Shown here piece after piece: positions 62,561 through 64,000 of a DNA stretch of 64,000 nucleotides. The stretch lies in assembly GCF_006345805.1 (NCBI RefSeq), contig NC_043003.1:100006001-100070000 (forward strand), in the 5' to 3' direction. How positions within the stretch are numbered: the stretch's first letter is position 1; each line of letters begins with the position of its first letter. The notes under the pieces were generated by a model, which worked only from the letters and a program-made list of their open reading frames with translations, ran no database searches and was not told the DNA's origin. Made by a program: the position numbers and the translations under genes. This DNA comes from Octopus sinensis (lineage: Eukaryota).

Positions 62561-63049
62561 TAGCATAATTGTGACACATGTATATAAACACAATAGGCTA
62601 TTTCACTTGCTATCTATCAAATCCTGTCACAAGGCCTTTGTAGCCTCCAGTCAACCAAGTACCACTCAGCCACTTCTACACCAATGAATTGCCTTCATCC
62701 AACCTAATTTAAAAATTTCTTGTTTGATGGGATGAGGCATTATAGCTTATTTCAATTATTACTGTCAGCTATTAAGTTGGAGCACTGCAAGGTGTAGTTA
62801 AGGCAAAACTAATTTAGTTGCATTTCCCAATAGCTACTTTCAATTCTTTGCTGGAACCAACTTTGAGACATGTACATCACATTGTGCTCCCCAATTATCT
62901 AGCCTTTCCTGCAACCCCCACTCTAATCAAGTTTAAAGAATAAACTTGACTAAAATAATTTTGATTCGCTGGGGAAGAAGGTATTTTTTTTATTTATCAG
63001 TTTTATATAAATGCAGTTTACAATGATTTCAATTCCTTTCTATTTTAAA

Positions 63050-63200
63050 TGCAATTCTACATCATTTATTGCCTGTTTTCCATGCTGGCATGGGTTGGAC
63101 AGTAGCTGAAGGACTGTTTTGGCATAATTTCCAAGGCTGGATGCTCTTCCTAACACCGACCCTTTTACAGAGTTACTGGGTGCATTTTATGCAGCACCCA
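63050..63200 (-). mobile_element. RTE tail fragment in the SMG1 intron
   Basis: ttttccatgctggcatgggttggac...ggctggatgctcttcctaacacc. Confidence 0.65.
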
Positions 63201-64000
63201 CACTTTTACTTAGCTTGACATGTTTTTTTCAAGCACAGCTAGGAGTCTTGGTCCCGTCATCTCTGAGTCCCAATGTAGATCCTTTCTTACTACTTCATCT
63301 CACATCTTCCCTCTACAATTAGAGATTGGTAGTTCTTGATGCAACTGTCCTCATACATTATAATAGGCATTGATACATTTTAGACAGTTGGCAATTCATT
63401 TGCAGTATGTTTTACCTCAACCATTTTTTTACCTATGGAATCCTTTGATTTCTATTTTACTATATTGAACCCCTAGCCATTTGATGTTTAAAAAACCCTA
63501 TTTTTGTAATTGTATAAAAAAATTGCCAAACTATTTTGTGTATTGCAGAAGTATAACCAATTTATTGTACATAAAATTTTAACAAAATCTTTTTATAAAC
63601 CCACAAAGGCCAAGTGGACCCTTGTTCAGAACTACTGTTATGACCTGATAAGATTGAAGTGTTTTTTTTAAGGAATGTAAACAAAATGTTTTTCAAATAT
63701 TTTAGCACAAATCACAACTGTATGTCTACATTGCCATAAAACTAGTTGGTTCAACAAAATAAGTAGAAATGAGCTCAAACTTAGCAAGATGAAATATTGG
63801 CATTTAGTTCATTTCATTGCTTTACTGTTTCTGCCATGTACAACAATGGTTTCTAACAGTAGCATGAGGTCACATTTATCAGAAAGGACTCTCTACATTT
63901 CCTACTTACCTTGTACCTCGAGGGTCCACACAAAATACCTCATTGACTCTTTTTACTTCTTCCCAGCTCCTACACTGATCATTTCCCACTCTCTTCTAAA

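Noticed and set aside
63904-64000. Minus-strand donor AG|GTAAGT at 63910 as the penultimate SMG1 exon
   Set aside because: No frame gives the expected ...RVKxKLxGRD...Q sequence preceding the FATC exon. The true exon is probably beyond the window.

Overview
AT-rich, repeat-dense eukaryotic (metazoan) genomic DNA. The repeat families, (TA)n/(CA)n load and gene structure suggest an octopus/coleoid cephalopod; this is inference. There is one complete protein-coding gene on +: a 9-coding-exon hnRNP A/B-D (Drosophila squid-like) gene, CDS 29365-51577, 325 aa. It has two RRMs, a Gly/Tyr/Asn-rich low-complexity tail and a C-terminal PY-NLS. A probable 9.3 kb 3'UTR intron leads to a terminal exon at about 60942-61090. 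Converging on it from the right, on -, is the last coding exon (FATC domain) of the NMD kinase SMG1 (62208-62285). The first 27 kb is intergenic and holds RTE LINE fragments, a DD37D (maT-type) and a DD34D mariner, a Penelope-like element (PLE), several tRNA-derived SINE families and MITEs. The most unusual signals are: (i) hammerhead-ribozyme motifs in three different PLE-related contexts, including an element joining a tRNA-like Pol III head to a minimal hammerhead and inserted as 12-bp-TSD-flanked inverted composites; (ii) a 160-bp near-perfect palindrome between multi-kb mirror-polarity TA arrays inside the hnRNP 3'UTR intron; (iii) several candidate NMD poison exons in the hnRNP gene, which sits tail-to-tail with SMG1; (iv) Gly-to-Arg/Asn changes in the RRM2 RNP motifs that A-to-I editing could revert. 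All splice, ribozyme and regulatory calls were made by eye, without alignment or expression data.
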